Assembly: GCA_044229845.1 (NCBI GenBank)
Contig: JBGASG010000002.1
Span: forward strand, 512,001 to 576,000
Direction of reading: 5' to 3'
Length of the DNA stretch: 64,000 nucleotides
DNA from: Candidatus Obscuribacteraceae bacterium
GTDB taxonomy: Bacteria; Cyanobacteriota; Vampirovibrionia; Obscuribacterales; Obscuribacteraceae
Positions 59,839 to 64,000 of this stretch are shown here, in pieces. How positions within the stretch are numbered: the first letter of the stretch is position 1; every line of letters begins with the position of its first letter. The notes below the pieces were generated by a model. The model did no database searches. It was not told the origin of the DNA and worked only from the letters and a program-made list of their open reading frames with translations. Both the position numbers and the translations under genes were made by a program.

Positions 59839-62448
59839 ATGCAAGACCGTATCCGAATTTACGAACTGGCGCGGCAGATGGGTCTGACGAACCAAATGCT
59901 CATCGACACTCTGCGTGAGCTTGGTTTTGACGTGAAAAGCCATTCGAGCACGGTCGACAAAAACGCATTCCCGCTCCTGGTGCAAGCGCTCAACAAGAAG
60001 AAACAAGGTGATACCGCCGGTGCGCCCAAAGCGCCCGCCGCGGCAAAATCTGCGAAAACGCCTCCGCCTCCGCCCCCACCGCCCCCGGTTGTGAAGCCGC
60101 GCGTGCTTAACCGCTATCGCCCGACGCCACCTCCAGGTTCGGTACCGGAGACGCCACCTCCTCAAGAGGCGCCGCCCGCAGCTCCGGAAGTCGCCGAAAA
60201 ACCGGCAGCGCCCGCAGCACCAACGCCCGAGCCGGTCACCAACATGGCACCACCGGCACAAGCCAAAGCGGAAACACCCGCTGCTCCGGAAAGCGCAGTT
60301 CAAGCAGATGCTGTCAAAGCTGCCGCTCCCGAAGAGGTCGACGAAAAGACCAGCATCAACAACAGCGGCAAAGCCGAAAATCAGAAACCTGCGGAGAAAG
60401 AACCTGAAAGTAAGTCTCAAGAAACATTTGATGCCACCCCAACCGATGACAAAGATGAGCCCGGCAAGCGGCTCAAGGGTGGTTTGTCCTCAGTGAAACC
60501 ATCAGCACCATCGGTACCAATTCGTATCGCAGCGCCGTCATTCCGCGCTACACCGCCGCGTCCGCCCAAGAATCATCGGCCACCGGGCGGTCATCACGGC
60601 CAAAAACGCGAAGAAAAGTCACGCCCGGCAGCTGCCACCATCGACGTCCCCAAAGTGATTACCATCACCGGTCCCCTGACCGTCAAGGACCTCGCCGAGA
60701 AGATGGCAGTCTCCGAAACAGAAATCATCAAACGCCTTTTCATGAAAGGCGTCATGCGCACCGTCAACCAGATGGTCGAGCCTGAACTGGCTCGCGACCT
60801 GGCAGCCGAGATGAACTACGAAGTCACTTCGCAAGAAGAGATGGCAGCGGCAGCCGCGGCGCAGGTCCAGGAAGAACAGGATGCGCGCTTGATGGCCATT
60901 CTGGAAGACGATCAAACGGCGCTGGTTACGCGTCCGCCGGTCGTTACCATCATGGGTCACGTCGACCACGGCAAAACCAGCTTGCTGGACGCCATTCGAC
61001 AAACCAAGTTCTTGCTGACCGACAAAGAAGCTGGTGGTATCACTCAGCACATCGGCGCCTATCACGTGGAAATTCCGCATGAAGAGGGCATCCGCCAGAT
61101 CGTCTTCCTGGACACTCCGGGTCACGAAGCGTTCACCGCCATGCGTGCCCGCGGAGCCAAAGTTACGGATCTGGCGATTCTGGTCGTTGCCGCCGATGAC
61201 GGTGTCATGCCGCAAACCATCGAAGCGATCGATCACGCCAAAGCCGCCAACGTACCGATTATCGTCGCCGTCAACAAAATCGATAAACAAGACGCCGACC
61301 CCGAACGCGTGCTCACTCAATTGATGGAGCACGGGGTGCTCGCCGACAAGTTCGGTGGAGACACGGTTACCGTGCCGGTTTCAGCGAAGAAACGTACCGG
61401 TCTGGATGACTTGCTGGAGATGATCCTGCTGGTCGCCGACATGCAAGATCTGAAAGCCAACCCCGAACGCGCCGCCACCGGCTACGTGATCGAGGCAGAA
61501 CTCAATCGTCAGAAAGGCGCCGTCGCCACCGTGCTTGTGCAAAACGGCACCCTGCGCGAAGGTGACTTCATGGTGGCTGGTTCCGCCATGGGACGTGTCC
61601 GCAAACTGCTCGACGACCACGGCAACGAAGTCAAAGCCGCCGGTCCGTCGATGCCTGTTGAAGTGCTCGGTCTGGATATCTCTCCGGCAGCCGGCGAACG
61701 GTTTGAAGTAGCCGAGTCGCAGCAAGCCGCCAAAATGATGGTCGAAGAGCGCAAGAGCCAGGAAGCGGATCGCCGCGTGCACCGCGTCACCCTGGAATCT
61801 CTGCACGACATGGTGGAGTCCGGCGAAACGCAAGAACTGGACATCATCATCAAAGCCGACATGCAAGGCTCAGCCGAAGCGATTGCCGACCAGGTACGCA
61901 AGCTGGCCAGCAAAGAAGTGGGCGTGCGCGTACTGCGCACCGCCGTTGGTGGTATCTCCGAAAACGACGTCAACCTGGCTGCCTCAGCCAACGCCATCAT
62001 CATCGGCTTCAACGTATCGCCCGACACCAATGCCGAGCGCGCCGCGGAAGTGGCGGGCGTCAGCATCCGCGAATACAACATCATCTATCAGATCATCGAC
62101 GATATCGAACTGGCTATGCAGGGCTTGCTGCAGCCGATCAAACAGGAAGTGGAGATCGGCAAAGCCGAAGTACGCGCTCTGTTCAAAGTCGGCAAAGGCA
62201 TGGTAATCGCGGGTTGCATGGTAATCGAAGGCAAAGTGCAGCGCAACTCCGTTGCCCGCATCGAAAGAGCCGGCGAAGTCGTCTACGAAGGCAAGATCGA
62301 TACACTCAAGCGATTCAAGGACGATGCTAAAGAAGTGGCGCAAGGCTTTGAATGCGGCATGAGCTTCGAGAAGTTCAGCGATATCAAAGAAGGCGACATC
62401 ATCAGAGCCTTCACGATTCAAGAAGTCAAACGAGAACTGACGCGCTAG
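59839..62448 (+). CDS. infB: translation initiation factor IF-2
   Basis: [38 protein letters not shown]. Confidence 0.98.
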   Translation: MQDRIRIYELARQMGLTNQMLIDTLRELGFDVKSHSSTVDKNAFPLLVQALNKKKQGDTAGAPKAPAAAKSAKTPPPPPPPPPVVKPRVLNRYRPTPPPGSVPETPPPQEAPPAAPEVAEKPAAPAAPTPEPVTNMAPPAQAKAETPAAPESAVQADAVKAAAPEEVDEKTSINNSGKAENQKPAEKEPESKSQETFDATPTDDKDEPGKRLKGGLSSVKPSAPSVPIRIAAPSFRATPPRPPKNHRPPGGHHGQKREEKSRPAAATIDVPKVITITGPLTVKDLAEKMAVSETEIIKRLFMKGVMRTVNQMVEPELARDLAAEMNYEVTSQEEMAAAAAAQVQEEQDARLMAILEDDQTALVTRPPVVTIMGHVDHGKTSLLDAIRQTKFLLTDKEAGGITQHIGAYHVEIPHEEGIRQIVFLDTPGHEAFTAMRARGAKVTDLAILVVAADDGVMPQTIEAIDHAKAANVPIIVAVNKIDKQDADPERVLTQLMEHGVLADKFGGDTVTVPVSAKKRTGLDDLLEMILLVADMQDLKANPERAATGYVIEAELNRQKGAVATVLVQNGTLREGDFMVAGSAMGRVRKLLDDHGNEVKAAGPSMPVEVLGLDISPAAGERFEVAESQQAAKMMVEERKSQEADRRVHRVTLESLHDMVESGETQELDIIIKADMQGSAEAIADQVRKLASKEVGVRVLRTAVGGISENDVNLAASANAIIIGFNVSPDTNAERAAEVAGVSIREYNIIYQIIDDIELAMQGLLQPIKQEVEIGKAEVRALFKVGKGMVIAGCMVIEGKVQRNSVARIERAGEVVYEGKIDTLKRFKDDAKEVAQGFECGMSFEKFSDIKEGDIIRAFTIQEVKRELTR

Positions 62449-62469
62449 TTAAAGTCAGGAGGTGGCCAT

Positions 62470-62826
62470 ATGTCTACGCCTCGTCATTTGCGGGTCTCGC
62501 AATCTATAAAACGTGAGTTGTCGGAGATCATTCAGCGTGAGCTGAAGGATGACCGCATCGCCAGCGTCGTTTCTATCACCGATGTTGAATGCTCCAACGA
62601 CTGCCGCCGGGCGAAAGTCTTCATCTCGGTCTTCGGCGATGAAGAACAGCAGAAGAGCACCATGGAAGCTCTCACTGAACGCACCGGCTCGCTGCGCGGC
62701 GAACTGTGCCGCCGCCTCTCGCTGCGTTTCGCTCCCGAACTGATGTTTAAACTAGACACCTCGCTCGAGCGCGGCGCTAAAGTTTCTGCCTTGCTCTCGC
62801 AAATTTCGCGCGGCGAAATCCCCTAA
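62470..62826 (+). CDS. rbfA: ribosome-binding factor A
   Basis: LKDDRI, AKVFISV, LRFAPELMFKLDTS. Confidence 0.95.
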   Translation: MSTPRHLRVSQSIKRELSEIIQRELKDDRIASVVSITDVECSNDCRRAKVFISVFGDEEQQKSTMEALTERTGSLRGELCRRLSLRFAPELMFKLDTSLERGAKVSALLSQISRGEIP

Positions 62827-62843
62827 ATCTGAGCTGAGCAGCA

Positions 62844-63794
62844 ATGCCTCTGCAGGGATTCATCAACGTCGACAAGCCCGCTGGACTGACGGCCCATGAC
62901 GTCGTGGCTCGCCTGCGCAAAGTTTTGCGCGTTAAGCAAATCGGGCACGCCGGCACCCTTGACCCAATGGCGACCGGCGTCCTGCCGATCGCCGTCGGCA
63001 AAGCCACTCGGCTTTTGAGATTTCTCGACGGCACTAAGGTCTATAAAGCGGACATCCTGCTGGGTCGTCGAACCACAACCGACGACATCGAAGGTGACAC
63101 GCTCTCTACCTTCGATGGTCAATACCCCGCACCAGATGTGGTGCAGGCGGAGTTGCAACACTTTGTCGGCATTCAGCAACAAGTGCCGCCGCTCTACTCA
63201 GCCGTGCACATGGACGGGCGACGGCTTTACGAAATGGCACGCTCGGGCGAGGCACCCCCACCTGATGCCATACCGCCACGGCAGGTAGAGGTGCATTGTT
63301 TGGAGATCCTGGAAAACGCCCCGCCCAAGGTGGTCATTCGCATCCGCTGTGCCGCCGGTACCTATATAAGGTCCATCGCCCGCGATTTGGGCGAACGGCT
63401 GCATTGCGGCGGCTGCCTGCAGGGGCTGATTCGGGAGAATGCCGGTCCCTTCAGCCTGACCAATTCACGCAGCCTGGAGGACATCCAAGCCCTCGTCGAG
63501 CAGAATCAGGAGCACGGACTTTTCGAAGACCCACTGGCGCTTTTGCCGCTTCCTGCTATGGTATTGAGCAAGGAGGAGGCACAAGCCATCTGTCTAGGGC
63601 AGTCGGTCAAATTGCCTGCTCAAACTGCTAAGTTACCCGAAACCGAAAGCAGTAATTCGGAGTCATTGAGTTATGTCCATGTCATGCTCTGCTATAACAA
63701 GCAACTGATTGCCATCGGACAGGCGCATTCCCAGGACGGCACAACAACCGTCAAACCAGAGGTAGTCATTCGCGATGGAAAAGACATCGGTTGA
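62844..63794 (+). CDS. truB: tRNA pseudouridine(55) synthase
   Basis: GHAGTLDPMATGVL, QVPPLYSA, GTYIRSIARDLG. Confidence 0.97.
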   Translation: MPLQGFINVDKPAGLTAHDVVARLRKVLRVKQIGHAGTLDPMATGVLPIAVGKATRLLRFLDGTKVYKADILLGRRTTTDDIEGDTLSTFDGQYPAPDVVQAELQHFVGIQQQVPPLYSAVHMDGRRLYEMARSGEAPPPDAIPPRQVEVHCLEILENAPPKVVIRIRCAAGTYIRSIARDLGERLHCGGCLQGLIRENAGPFSLTNSRSLEDIQALVEQNQEHGLFEDPLALLPLPAMVLSKEEAQAICLGQSVKLPAQTAKLPETESSNSESLSYVHVMLCYNKQLIAIGQAHSQDGTTTVKPEVVIRDGKDIG

Positions 63795-64000
63795 CCGAGT
63801 GACATTACTGAACATAACGATCATCGTAGAAGCCTGTCTTCTGCTGGTGGCAACCGTCTGGGCGCAAGTGAGCAGTATCTCGCTGCCACTGAATATGGTG
63901 CCGCACTTCAAACAGATCGCCATCGGCGTCGGCGCCGGAACTCTGACTGCGGCAGTCTCCCTACTCTTGTTCAGGCTCGGCAAATCTGTCGACGCGCTCG
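63775..64000 (+). CDS. membrane protein, possibly CPBP family; partial at the window edge
   Basis: Manual translation MEKTSVDRVTLLNITIIVEACLLLVATVWAQ... stays open to the end; catalytic motifs not in the window. Confidence 0.45.
   Translation, partial: MEKTSVDRVTLLNITIIVEACLLLVATVWAQVSSISLPLNMVPHFKQIAIGVGAGTLTAAVSLLLFRLGKSVDAL

Overview
Gene-dense, GC-rich bacterial chromosome segment. The 16S gene carries cyanobacterial-type signature stretches, but the window has no photosynthesis genes and many TPR and kinase proteins. This suggests a non-photosynthetic Cyanobacteriota lineage (Vampirovibrionia/'Melainabacteria', possibly Obscuribacterales); this is an inference, not a database result. 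Core content: a stand-alone 16S rRNA gene with its own promoter, processing stem and terminator; rsmH-ftsL-ftsI-murJ; dapF-ftsQ; ybeY and dgkA; rimP-nusA-ylxR-infB-rbfA-truB; mazG; photolyase; SRAP; cysteine desulfurase; and an iron/B12-type ABC permease-ATPase pair. Most notable: (1) two tandem paralogous membrane-anchored TPR proteins converge on a Ser/Thr kinase and a DUF4388/PATAN-like protein, and the three membrane proteins share a juxtamembrane motif; (2) a papain-like cysteine protease is split across two frames at a perfect palindrome and followed by a partner gene; (3) a TPR/SdpA-like/HTTM operon, with LMF1 and DCC relatives elsewhere in the window; (4) an in-frame Ugd-Uxs fusion lacking conserved segments; (5) an NTT-type nucleotide translocase; (6) two divergent genes with overlapping signal-peptide regions. 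No CRISPR array, tRNA or intact mobile element was seen. All family calls come from motif recognition by eye.
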